A DNA stretch of 64,000 bases from contig PNMC01000002.1 of the NCBI GenBank assembly GCA_013823365.1, forward strand, positions 504-64,503. The letters run 5' to 3'. Position 1 is the stretch's first letter; each line of letters opens with the position of its first letter. The position numbers and the translations under genes are program-made. The DNA comes from Parvibaculum sp. (GTDB lineage Bacteria; Pseudomonadota; Alphaproteobacteria; Parvibaculales; Parvibaculaceae). The notes under the pieces were generated by a model that saw only the letters and a program-made list of their open reading frames with translations, ran no database searches and was not told the origin of the DNA. This document shows, piece after piece, positions 47,666 to 56,661 of this stretch.

Positions 47666-48559
47666 TCAGCTCTTCAGTTCGCCGCGCAGGGCGCCGGCAA
47701 GGACCGGCGCAAGGCTGATCGCGTTGGTGGGATGCGGCACGGCATTCGTGGACCAGATGGAGGCCGCGCCCGCCTCGCGCAGCCGCTGCTCGATCTCCTC
47801 GCCGAAGAGGGCATGGGTGATGGCGAGATGGATATCGCCTGCCCCCGCCTCCTTCAACCGCGCGATGGCGGTCGCCACGGTGCCGCCGCTCGACACGATA
47901 TCGTCAAGCAGGAGGATGGTCCGGCCTGCCACATCGCAGTCGGGAAAATCGATCTCGACATTGCGGTCGCCGTGGCGCGTCTTGCGGCCCGCGATGGCCT
48001 CGGCGCCGAGTTTCTCACCGACACGGCGCGCCCATTGGATCGATTCCTCATCCGGCCCGGCAACGAGCGCCTGCGGCCCGATCCCCCGCTCTTTCGCAAA
48101 GCCGGCAATGGCACCTGCCGCCGTGAGATTCTCAGCCTCAATGGAGGGAAACACTTCCTCGATGCGCGACACGCGGTGCAGATGGGTATCGACCGTGACG
48201 ACGCGATCGAACAGGGAGGAGAGATAGCGGGACATGGCCTGCTGGCTCACCGCCTCGCCGTCGTGGAAGGCCTTGTCCTGCCGCATGTAGCAAAGATAAG
48301 GCGCAACGAGAACGAGCCGCTTCGTACCGCCCCTGCGAAGCGCGTCGGCGGCGAACATGAGCTCGACGAGTTTTTCATTGGGCCGGTCGAGCGGGCAATA
48401 AACGAACGACGTCGCCGCGCTGCCCGGCACCGAGACGCGGGACTCGCCGTCCGGAAAACGATGAACCGAGATTTCATGGCATGGAATGTGGAGTTCATGG
48501 GCGAGCGCCGCCGCATCGCCGCTTCCATGCGCAAAGGAGAAGAGAGCGGCTCCCATCAT
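47666..48559 (-). CDS. Ribose-phosphate diphosphokinase (short, class III/archaeal-like PRPP synthetase)
   Basis: [43 protein letters not shown] and THALF motifs; ATGA overlap with the upstream gene. Confidence 0.9.
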   Translation of the reverse strand: MMGAALFSFAHGSGDAAALAHELHIPCHEISVHRFPDGESRVSVPGSAATSFVYCPLDRPNEKLVELMFAADALRRGGTKRLVLVAPYLCYMRQDKAFHDGEAVSQQAMSRYLSSLFDRVVTVDTHLHRVSRIEEVFPSIEAENLTAAGAIAGFAKERGIGPQALVAGPDEESIQWARRVGEKLGAEAIAGRKTRHGDRNVEIDFPDCDVAGRTILLLDDIVSSGGTVATAIARLKEAGAGDIHLAITHALFGEEIEQRLREAGAASIWSTNAVPHPTNAISLAPVLAGALRGELKS

Positions 48560-50070
48560 GCAGCTCCTCTCTGCAGGGAGGGGCTTGCAAGCGCGAATCC
48601 GTTTATCTCCTCCGCCGCATCGACCGCGAAATTGAAATGCGATTCTCCGGCGGAATAGATGCGATAGAGCGGTTCGCCAGCCTCGACGCGATCGCCCACG
48701 CGCTTCAGCATCGTCAGGCCCGCTCCGCGATCGAGCGGGGCACCGGCCAGCCGCGCAAGCTGAGCGATACGGAAGCAGTCGATCGAGGCGACGATGCCAT
48801 CCGCGTCGGCGCAGATGTCCGCCTTGAGGGGACCGGGTACAGCCGCATTGGGCGCCCTGCCCTGCGCGTCGATGATCCTGTTCATGGAAGCGAGCGCAGC
48901 ACCGCTGTCGAGCAGCTCCCGGGCACGCTCATAACCACCACCGCCGCGGATGGCGGGGTCGGCCTCAAGGACACGACCGGCAAGCTGAAGCGATTTCTCC
49001 CGAAGGTCCGCCGGCGCACCATGATCGTTCGCGAGCACAGCCATCACGTCCTGCGCCTCGAGAACGGGGCCCACGCCACGTCCGATGGGTTGCGCGCCGT
49101 CCGTCACCAGCACATCGACGTGAATATTCATCGCATCTGCCACGAACTCGAAAAGCTTGCGCAGGCGCATCGCCTCCATCGCGTCCCGCACCTTGGCGGA
49201 AGGTCCGACCGGCAGGTCGATCACGAGATGGGTCGAGCCGGCCGCTTTCTTCTTCGACATGATGGAAGCGACCATCTGCTCGCGCGTATCGAGGTTGAGA
49301 GGACGCTCCACGCCGATCAGAATATCGTCGGCGGGCGACAGGTTCACGTGGCCGCCCCAGATCAGGCAGCCATTGCATTCCTCGACCACGGATTTCATCT
49401 CGTCCATCGGCAGGTCGACCCGGGCGAGCACTTCCATCGTATCCGCCGTGCCGGCAGGCGAGGTGATCGCGCGGGAGGAGGTCTTTGGAATGGTAAGGCC
49501 ATGCGCGGCCACGATCGGCACCACGATCATGGTGGTCCGGTTGCCGGGAATACCGCCAATGCAGTGCTTGTCCACCACGACCGGCGCATTCCATGTCATG
49601 TGGTTGCCGACATCGGCCATGGCGAAGGTGAGATGGAGCAATTCGTCGGTCGTGAGGAAGCCCGCACAGGCGACGAGGAAGGCCGCAATCTCCATGTCGG
49701 AATAACGGTAACCGACAATGTCGTGAATGATCGACTCGATCTGGTGCTTGTCCAGCGTCTCGCCGACGATCTTCGCGCGCACATGATCGAGGCTTTGCGG
49801 GCTGCGCGCCGGGGCAATGGTGACCGTACCGCCTTCCTGAACCCCGAGACGGCGGAAGGCAGGGTCCGTCAGCCCGATCTCGTCCGGCGCGACCATGGAA
49901 TGATCGTGGCAGATGTCGAGACTGGCGATGATCGAACGGGCGCCATTATGGACCTCCAGCCGCTTGAAGGCCTGAAAGGCTTCGGGACGGAGCGCGACGC
50001 AATTCGAAGCGAGGACCGCCACATTCTCGCGGAGCGTGTCGAGCGGAATGCGGCGTATTCTGAGCATCAT
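48556..50070 (-). CDS. AMP/NMP phosphorylase-like protein (thymidine phosphorylase family, type 2)
   Basis: N-terminal ~80-aa extension plus [35 protein letters not shown] and ASIMSKK. This is the AMP-phosphorylase subfamily rather than classical DeoA (DKHSTGGVGD). Confidence 0.9.
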   Translation of the reverse strand: MMLRIRRIPLDTLRENVAVLASNCVALRPEAFQAFKRLEVHNGARSIIASLDICHDHSMVAPDEIGLTDPAFRRLGVQEGGTVTIAPARSPQSLDHVRAKIVGETLDKHQIESIIHDIVGYRYSDMEIAAFLVACAGFLTTDELLHLTFAMADVGNHMTWNAPVVVDKHCIGGIPGNRTTMIVVPIVAAHGLTIPKTSSRAITSPAGTADTMEVLARVDLPMDEMKSVVEECNGCLIWGGHVNLSPADDILIGVERPLNLDTREQMVASIMSKKKAAGSTHLVIDLPVGPSAKVRDAMEAMRLRKLFEFVADAMNIHVDVLVTDGAQPIGRGVGPVLEAQDVMAVLANDHGAPADLREKSLQLAGRVLEADPAIRGGGGYERARELLDSGAALASMNRIIDAQGRAPNAAVPGPLKADICADADGIVASIDCFRIAQLARLAGAPLDRGAGLTMLKRVGDRVEAGEPLYRIYSAGESHFNFAVDAAEEINGFALASPSLQRGAA

Positions 50071-50085
50071 CGGTTCAAGAGTTCC

Positions 50086-51966
50086 TTACGCACGATAGAT
50101 GGTTTCGCCGCGCTTGATGGTTTCCGCGACAGACAGATTGCGGAGCTGCGATGTTTCGATCTTCACCGGATCCTGCTCCAGAATAACGAGATCGGCGAGC
50201 TTGCCTGCCTCAATCGAGCCTTTTATGTCGTCTTCGAAATGCTGCCAGGCGGCGTCGATGGTAATGCCGCGCAGCGCCTCCATGACGTCGATACGTTGTG
50301 CCTCGCCCAGCACCTTGCCGCTCCGCGTCTCGCGGTTGACCGCCGACCAGAGCAGCATGCGGCAATCGGACGGCACGACGGGAGAGTCGTTATGCAGCGT
50401 GTAGCGCATGCCGCGGTCGATTGTCGAACGCACGGGACTGATGCGGGAGGCACGCTCCTCGCCCAGCACCGAATCCCGGTGCCAGTCACCCCAATAAAAA
50501 GTATGCGTGACGAAATAGGACGGAATGACACCGAGCCGTGCCATCTCATCAAGCTGATCTTCGCGCAGCGTTTGCGCATGGATGACCGTCGAGCGACGAT
50601 CTGCCATTCCATGTTTCACGGTCGCCTTGGCGATGGCCGCGATGAACTGATCCGCCGCCGCGTCGCCATTGCAATGAGCATAAACCTGCCAGCCGCGTGC
50701 AAATGCGTCCTCGACAAGGGCGGCCGCCGTCTCGTCGTCCACAATGCGATAGCCGCTGTAATCCTTGTCGAAGCCGGGCGGCACGACTTCATATGGCTTT
50801 GTCAGCCAGGCCGTTTTTGCCTGAGGCGAGCCGTCCAGCATCAGCTTGATGCCGCCGACCTTGAAGCCGTTGTAATCGCGCCGCATCTCGATATCGCCCT
50901 TTGCAAGGTCTTCGATATGCGTGAAGAAGGGATAGGCGACGACATCGATCTTCAGTCTGTCGCGTTCGGCTGCAAGCGAGAGAAGATCGAAATCCGGGCG
51001 GCGCGTCGCACCGTCCTGCGCCGTCGTAATGCCCCAGGCGGCATAACGCTCCTGCACCAGATCGAGCAGATCGAGCAGTTCCTCGCGCGAGGCCTGAGGC
51101 AGGCGCGGCATGGCAAGCGAGATGGCGCCCTCCTCCAGAATGCCGTTCGGCTCTCGCGTGCCGGGCCAGCGGCGAATGACACCGCCTTTCGGATCGGGTG
51201 TCCCGGCCGTGATGCCGAGCAGCGACAAGGCTGCGGAATTCACGACTGCGACGTGAAGAGAGGCATGGTAGACGAGGATCGGCTGATCCGCCGACACCTC
51301 ATCGAGGTCGCTTCGGGTGACAGCACGTTTCTCTGCCAGAAGCGAGTCGTCATACATCGCACCGAGCAGCCAGCCTCCGCGGCCGTCACCCGTTCGCTCG
51401 CGAAATTTGCGGAGCTCCGACTTGATATCCTCGATGCTGCGGACAGGTCCGGCCGGCTCCGGCGCAAGATTCTGAAAGCCCATCAGCAGCGCCGTCATGG
51501 AGATGTGGCCATGGCAATCCACGAATCCAGGCAGCATGGTGCGCCCGGCGAGGTCGACGACCCGTGCATCGCGCCCCACGCGTGCTGCGACGTCGGCTTC
51601 GCTTCCCGCAGCAAGGATGCGCCCGCCCGACACCGCGACGGCCTCGGCAAGGGGTGCGGTATCGTTCATGGTGCGGATGATACCGCCGCGATAGACTGTA
51701 ACGCTGCCTGCCGCATCGAGGCGCGCACGGCGTGTCTCACCGGCCGCCAGTGCCGGCGCGGTGAAGGCAAGCGCCGTCGCAAGACCGGCTGCGGACGCCT
51801 CGCCGCTTCGCCCCAGCACGGCGAGGCCTGCTGCCGTCAGGGCCGCGCCTGCGCCGAAGAAGCCGCGCCGGCTCAGCCCCGGATGGCGGAGCCGGTAGGC
51901 ATCCCAGATATAAGGTGAACAGCAGGGACAGCCGCTTTTATGCGTTTCGGGCCTGTCATGCGCCAT
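50086..51966 (-). CDS. Amidohydrolase-3 (YtcJ-like) metallohydrolase with Tat signal
   Basis: SRRGFFG Tat motif; PGFVDCHGH, KLMLDGS, HCNGDAA, IHAQ and GSIEAGKLAD motifs. Start 51966 or 51984. Confidence 0.9.
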   Translation of the reverse strand: MAHDRPETHKSGCPCCSPYIWDAYRLRHPGLSRRGFFGAGAALTAAGLAVLGRSGEASAAGLATALAFTAPALAAGETRRARLDAAGSVTVYRGGIIRTMNDTAPLAEAVAVSGGRILAAGSEADVAARVGRDARVVDLAGRTMLPGFVDCHGHISMTALLMGFQNLAPEPAGPVRSIEDIKSELRKFRERTGDGRGGWLLGAMYDDSLLAEKRAVTRSDLDEVSADQPILVYHASLHVAVVNSAALSLLGITAGTPDPKGGVIRRWPGTREPNGILEEGAISLAMPRLPQASREELLDLLDLVQERYAAWGITTAQDGATRRPDFDLLSLAAERDRLKIDVVAYPFFTHIEDLAKGDIEMRRDYNGFKVGGIKLMLDGSPQAKTAWLTKPYEVVPPGFDKDYSGYRIVDDETAAALVEDAFARGWQVYAHCNGDAAADQFIAAIAKATVKHGMADRRSTVIHAQTLREDQLDEMARLGVIPSYFVTHTFYWGDWHRDSVLGEERASRISPVRSTIDRGMRYTLHNDSPVVPSDCRMLLWSAVNRETRSGKVLGEAQRIDVMEALRGITIDAAWQHFEDDIKGSIEAGKLADLVILEQDPVKIETSQLRNLSVAETIKRGETIYRA

Positions 51967-51980
51967 GATGCTGTCTCTCT

Positions 51981-52787
51981 TCAACGGCCGGTGAAATTCG
52001 GCTTGCGCTTCTCGAGGAAGGCGGTGACGGCTTCCCGGTGATCCTCGCTGGTCGAGGCGAGCGCGAATTGATCCGCGTCCATGAAGGTCGACACGGCATT
52101 GAGCGCAGTCGCTGCTTGGGTTATTCCGCGCTTGGCCATGCGAACGGAAACAGGCGGCAGCGCGGCCACCTTCTCCGCCCAGCGTCGCGCCGTTTCGAGA
52201 GCGGTGCCATCGGCGCTGATTTCATCGACGAGGCCCCACTGCTCCGCCTTCGCGGCATCGACCTTTTCGCCGAAAATGGTGAGCTGCTTCGCGCGCGACA
52301 CGCCGATCAGATTCACGAGACGGGGCTGCGTATGCCAGCTCATGTTCATGCCGAGCGGGATTTCAGGCAGGCGGAAATGCGCGCCCTGCCCCACAATGCG
52401 GAAATCGCAAGCGACCGCGAGAGCAACGCCGCCGCCGATGCAGAAACCCTCGATGGCGGCAATCGTCACTTGGTCGAGCGCCTCCCAGGCGTCGCACATG
52501 TCCGGGCCGGCACGAAGCATTTCCCGCCGCTCAAGGAGCGAAGCCTCGGCGCGCCTGCCGATGGCCGGGTCCGCGAGATCGGCGCCGCCGGTAAAGGCCT
52601 TGCCGCCGGTCAGAACGACGGCGCTGCTGCTCACATCGTCGCGCAGCGCACGGGCGGCGGCTGCCAGATCGCGCAGAAGCTGGACCGACAGCGCATTGAC
52701 GCGATCGCCGCGATCGAAGCGCAAAATGGTGACGCGGCCCTCGCGTTCGATGGTAATGAAGTCGCCGATCTTTTCGCTGACGGACAT
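51981..52787 (-). CDS. Enoyl-CoA hydratase/isomerase family protein
   Basis: AFTGGADL, IAAIEGFCIGGG, DFRI, PEIPLG and AFLEKRKPNFTGR motifs. Confidence 0.93.
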   Translation of the reverse strand: MSVSEKIGDFITIEREGRVTILRFDRGDRVNALSVQLLRDLAAAARALRDDVSSSAVVLTGGKAFTGGADLADPAIGRRAEASLLERREMLRAGPDMCDAWEALDQVTIAAIEGFCIGGGVALAVACDFRIVGQGAHFRLPEIPLGMNMSWHTQPRLVNLIGVSRAKQLTIFGEKVDAAKAEQWGLVDEISADGTALETARRWAEKVAALPPVSVRMAKRGITQAATALNAVSTFMDADQFALASTSEDHREAVTAFLEKRKPNFTGR

Positions 52788-52883
52788 GCCCCCTCCGTGG
52801 TTCCGGCACGGTCTCTGCGGACCGTTTCGAGGGGAATGATGGCTTCCCGGCGCGGGAAAGCCCAGTGTTTTCCTGTCGCAGGC

Positions 52884-52915
52884 AAAGGAAAGGCGGCACC
52901 TTGCGGCGCCGCCTT
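52884..52915 (-). terminator. Intrinsic terminator-like hairpin after the repeat protein gene
   Basis: AAGGCGGCGCC-GCAA-GGTGCCGCCTT followed by TCCTTT on the minus strand. Confidence 0.65.
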
Positions 52916-52934
52916 CAAGGCCAGGAAAAGCCGG

Positions 52935-54230
52935 TCAGCTATTGACCATCTGCCAGGAGCCGTCCGGCTGGCGGCAGGCATAACCATAGGCCTGCTCGGC
53001 ACGGCCGCCGATGGTCACCACCGTCTGGTATTCGCGGCAGTATTGACCGGGATTGGGTTCCCAGGTCCGCAGCGGCGTGACCTCGTAGCCATAGCCGCTA
53101 TGCGGATCCTGCCAGTAAACGGGGTGGTTCGTGGGCACATATTCAAGCACGTCGCCGACGCAGGCCTGATTGGTGGAGTCGATCAGGCTGCCGAGCACGC
53201 CGCCCAGCACTGCACCGATCAGCGCGCCGCCGATGACCGGGCCCGCGCCACGGCCCTGATCCGCCCCGATAACGCCGCCGAGCACCGCCCCGATCGCCGC
53301 CCCCACCGCATCGCTGTTACAAGCCGAATAGCGGTAGCCGTAGTTGTAGTCGTCATAGCGATAGACGGAGTCATAGCCGGCGTAGGGGCCATAATAATAA
53401 TAGTCGCTGTAGCTATAGCCGGAGACGTGGTGGATATAGACCGGCTGAGGGATCGTCACATAGTGATGGACGTTCCTGTAGACGACGACCGGCCCGCGCG
53501 AATGCGGTCTGCTGCCGCCGTGCCAGCCATACCATGGCCGGTCCGAATAGACGGGCTTGTAAGGCCGCTTGTACTGCGTCTGGTTGTGAAGATGCTGGCG
53601 GCGCTCGCCCGTATCATACCGATGGGTATTCCGCCCAAGCTGCGCGACCTGCTGATAATCGGAACCGCGACGACGCTCGGCGGCATGACGTTGATCCCGC
53701 TCGCGCTGCTGCTCGGCCTGACGGTACTGGCTGCGCTGGCGTTCCTGTTGCTCGGCCTGCTGCCTTTGCCAGTCCCGCTGGCGCTGCTGCTCAGCCTGAC
53801 GATACTGACTGCGCTGGCGCTCCTGTTGCTCGGCCTGCTGCCTTTGCCACTCCCGCTGACGCTGCTGCTCGGCCTGACGATACTGACTGCGCTGGCGCTC
53901 CTGTTGCTCGGCCTGCTGCCGCTGCGAGTCCCGCTGGCGCTGCTGCTCGGCCTGACGGTACTGGCTGCGCTGGCGTTCCTGTTGCTCGGCCTGCTGCCGC
54001 TGCGAGTCCCGCTGGCGCTGCTGCTCGGCCTGACGGTATTGACTGCGCTGGCGCTCCTGTTGTTCGGCCTGCTGCCGCTGCCGGTCATGCTGCTGCCGCT
54101 CGTTCCCCCGGCCCTCGGACCAGCCACCGCCCCGCCCTTCCCAAGGAGAGGCGACAGCCGGGGCTGCCAGAATGAGGCAGAGCACGGACGCTACGGAAAG
54201 AGTGAGCGGATGAGTGGTGTGACGCGCCAT
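52935..54230 (-). CDS. Secreted protein with Q/E/R coiled-coil repeats, Tyr-rich linker, glycine zipper and 17-kDa surface-antigen-like C-terminus
   Basis: Signal peptide; repeats; GAAIGAVLGGVIG...GGALIGAVLGG glycine zipper; YCREYQ...AYGYACRQPDGSW C-terminus; GGAGG RBS before ATG 54230. Confidence 0.85.
   Translation of the reverse strand: MARHTTHPLTLSVASVLCLILAAPAVASPWEGRGGGWSEGRGNERQQHDRQRQQAEQQERQRSQYRQAEQQRQRDSQRQQAEQQERQRSQYRQAEQQRQRDSQRQQAEQQERQRSQYRQAEQQRQREWQRQQAEQQERQRSQYRQAEQQRQRDWQRQQAEQQERQRSQYRQAEQQRERDQRHAAERRRGSDYQQVAQLGRNTHRYDTGERRQHLHNQTQYKRPYKPVYSDRPWYGWHGGSRPHSRGPVVVYRNVHHYVTIPQPVYIHHVSGYSYSDYYYYGPYAGYDSVYRYDDYNYGYRYSACNSDAVGAAIGAVLGGVIGADQGRGAGPVIGGALIGAVLGGVLGSLIDSTNQACVGDVLEYVPTNHPVYWQDPHSGYGYEVTPLRTWEPNPGQYCREYQTVVTIGGRAEQAYGYACRQPDGSWQMVNS
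53688..54074 (-). repeat. Intragenic tandem repeat, about 5 x 78 bp (26 aa)
   Basis: Unit QQAEQQERQRSQYRQAEQQRQRD(S/W)QR repeated five times with near-identical DNA; last copy slightly diverged. Confidence 0.93.
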
Positions 54231-54402
54231 TGAAGCGCCTCCTTCGACTTTTCGGCCGGATTCGGCCTGCAAAGCGAGTTTTCCACCGTGAAGCTGAACG
54301 CCGCGTGAACTGTTTGTTAATCTATGCGGCAATGCGCCCGTTGCTTTGTTCCCGTAACCCCTCCAAACCCGATCTGGCCCACAAATATCCGGAAGGAAAG
54401 GC

Positions 54403-55644
54403 ATGCCCGCCGACAGCACCACGAAATCCGCTTATGAGACATTTCTCAGCGCCGCGTGCGAACGGCTCGGCTATAGCGACACGATCGCTTCGCTGCTGAC
54501 CCTGGCTGCCATGGAGATCAAGGTCGAAATCCCGATCGTGCGGGATAATGGCGAACTCGCGATCTTCACCGGCTACCGGGTACAGCACCAGAATGCGCGA
54601 GGTCCCTGCAAGGGCGGCCTGCGGTATCACCCCCAGGTCGATCTCGACGAGGTGCGCGGTCTTGCGTCGCTTATGACCATGAAGACCGCGTTGGTGAACA
54701 TTCCGCTTGGCGGCGGCAAGGGGGGCATTACCTGCGACCCCAAGGCCCTCTCGCTGCGCGAACTTGAAACCCTGACCCGGAAATTCGTGAAGCGCATCCA
54801 TCGCGAAATCGGACCGAACAGCGACATCATGGCGCCGGATATGGGCAGCAACGCGCGGGTGATGGGCTGGATCCATAGCGAATATTCGGCCATCTACGGC
54901 CATTCGCCTGCCGCTGTGACGGGCAAGCCCGTCTCGCTCGGCGGCTCCGCCGGGCGGGAAACGGCTACCGGCGACGGCATCGGCATGGTGATCCGGGAAT
55001 ATGCGAGACACCGGAATCTCGCACTCGATGGCATGACGGCCGTGATCCAGGGCTTCGGCAATGTCGGCATAAACACGGCACGCGCCCTGCAGCGGCTGGG
55101 CATCCGGGTGACCGCCATATCGGACTCCCGCAGCGCCGTCTACCGCGCGGAAGGGATCGATCTCGACGCGCTTATCCAGCGCAAGCGGGAGCGCGGCTCG
55201 CTCGCGGAGGCGCCGGAGCACGAGGAAATCGAGCCTGCCGCCCTTCTGGAAACGAAATGCGATTTCGCGGTTCCCGCAGCACTTGAAAACGCCATTACCG
55301 AAAAGAATGCCGGGCGCATCTCTGCCCGGGCCGTGGTCGAAGGCGCGAACGGCCCTCTCACCTGCGAAGCGGACCGTATGCTCCGCGAGCGCGGGATCGA
55401 CGTCGTGCCGGATATTCTGGCCAATGCCGGCGGCGTGATCGTGTCCTATTTCGAATGGATTCAGAACCTTCAGCGCGAGGTCTGGCCGGTGGAACGCGTG
55501 GAAAGCGAACTCGACCGCATAATCGGCAACGCTGCCCGGGAGGTCTTCATTCATGCCCGCGAAAAAGGCCTCGACATGCGCTCGGCCGCTTTCGACATCG
55601 CGGTCGCGCGCGTGAAGGAAGCGCTCGACGCAACCGGTTTCTGA
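54403..55644 (+). CDS. gdhA: Glu/Leu/Phe/Val dehydrogenase (glutamate dehydrogenase)
   Basis: GYRVQH, KGGLRYHP, MTMKTA, GGGKGG, APDMG, VTGKP, QGFGNVG, EGANGP and PDILANAGGVIVSYFEW motifs. Confidence 0.9.
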   Translation: MPADSTTKSAYETFLSAACERLGYSDTIASLLTLAAMEIKVEIPIVRDNGELAIFTGYRVQHQNARGPCKGGLRYHPQVDLDEVRGLASLMTMKTALVNIPLGGGKGGITCDPKALSLRELETLTRKFVKRIHREIGPNSDIMAPDMGSNARVMGWIHSEYSAIYGHSPAAVTGKPVSLGGSAGRETATGDGIGMVIREYARHRNLALDGMTAVIQGFGNVGINTARALQRLGIRVTAISDSRSAVYRAEGIDLDALIQRKRERGSLAEAPEHEEIEPAALLETKCDFAVPAALENAITEKNAGRISARAVVEGANGPLTCEADRMLRERGIDVVPDILANAGGVIVSYFEWIQNLQREVWPVERVESELDRIIGNAAREVFIHAREKGLDMRSAAFDIAVARVKEALDATGF

Positions 55645-55738
55645 CCGCCATCGAACTGCCATAAGGTTCGTGTAAGGCTTCGCGTGTTAGGCTCGGGGTC
55701 GAATCATCGCCACCCGCCGCCCCGGATGTTCGCCCAAG

Positions 55739-56542
55739 ATGCCAGACATTCCATTTCTGCATGCCCTGATCCTCGGCATCGTCGAAGGAGCCACGGAATT
55801 CCTGCCCGTGTCCTCGACCGGCCATCTGGTCATCGCGGGAGACATGCTGGGATTCGACTCAGTCCCGGGCGAAGTCTTTGAAACTTCCATCCAGATCGGC
55901 GCCATTCTGGCGATCTGCACGCTTTACCGGGAGCGCCTTCAATCCGTGGTTTCGGGATTGTTCACCGGCGACCCCGCAGCGCGGCACTTCACCATCGCCA
56001 TCATTCTCGCCACGCTGCCGATGATCGTGCTTGGCGCCATCTTCTATAAATTCATCGTGACGTTTCTCTTCTCGCCGCTTGTGGTGGCAACTGCCTTTAT
56101 TCTGGGCGGCGCGGCGATCATCATCATCGAACGGCTGCATATCGAGGAGAAGGTGAGCGAGGTCGAGGAGCTGACGCCGCTCACCGCGCTCAAGATCGGG
56201 GCTTTCCAGTGCCTCGCCCTCATTCCAGGCATGTCCCGGGCGGGGGCCACGATCATCGGTGCGCTGCTTGTCGGTGTCGAGCGGAAGACCGCTGCGGAGT
56301 TTTCTTTCTTTCTCGCGATTCCGGTCATCCTCGGCGCCACGGTCTTCGACGTTCTCGGCAACCGCGAACTGATCAATGGCAGTCACCTGCCCGTGCTGGC
56401 GGTGGGCTTCATCACGGCGTTCCTGTCGGCGCTGGTGGTCGTCAAATGGTTCGTGGGCTTCGTCAGCCGACACGGATTTTCCGTCTTCGGCTGGTACCGG
56501 ATCGCTTTCGGCACTCTGCTGCTCGCCTTTTATCTGTCCTGA
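55739..56542 (+). CDS. uppP: Undecaprenyl-diphosphate phosphatase
   Basis: LGIVEGATEFLPVSSTGHL, PGMSRAGATI and AAEFSFFLAIP motifs. Confidence 0.96.
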   Translation: MPDIPFLHALILGIVEGATEFLPVSSTGHLVIAGDMLGFDSVPGEVFETSIQIGAILAICTLYRERLQSVVSGLFTGDPAARHFTIAIILATLPMIVLGAIFYKFIVTFLFSPLVVATAFILGGAAIIIIERLHIEEKVSEVEELTPLTALKIGAFQCLALIPGMSRAGATIIGALLVGVERKTAAEFSFFLAIPVILGATVFDVLGNRELINGSHLPVLAVGFITAFLSALVVVKWFVGFVSRHGFSVFGWYRIAFGTLLLAFYLS

Positions 56543-56586
56543 CGCGAGACGCGGAGCTCGAATCCGGGGCGAAACGTAAATTCCAT

Positions 56587-56601
56587 TTAACCAAGCATTA
56601 T
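56587..56601. promoter_or_regulatory. CtrA-box-like site (TTAA-N7-TTAT) upstream of sensor kinase
   Basis: TTAA-CCAAGCA-TTAT, one mismatch to TTAA-N7-TTAA; a GANTC site lies at 56560-56564. Confidence 0.5.
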
Positions 56602-56661
56602 GAGTTTGGCACTAGTCTCTCGCTCTACGCCCAAGGGTTGGCATGGGGCTTCCGGGGACTA

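Noticed and set aside
48481-51918. 1145-aa plus-strand ORF
   Set aside because: Antisense to the clearly recognisable AMP phosphorylase and amidohydrolase genes; no domain signal.
53688-54074. Tandem repeat as a possible CRISPR array
   Set aside because: Units are contiguous, in-frame 78-bp coding repeats without unique spacers, and there are no cas genes.
52038-54233. 731-aa ORF with Leu-rich 'membrane' repeats
   Set aside because: The LALLLGL repeats are simply the reverse complement of the CAG/GAG-rich Q/E repeat gene.
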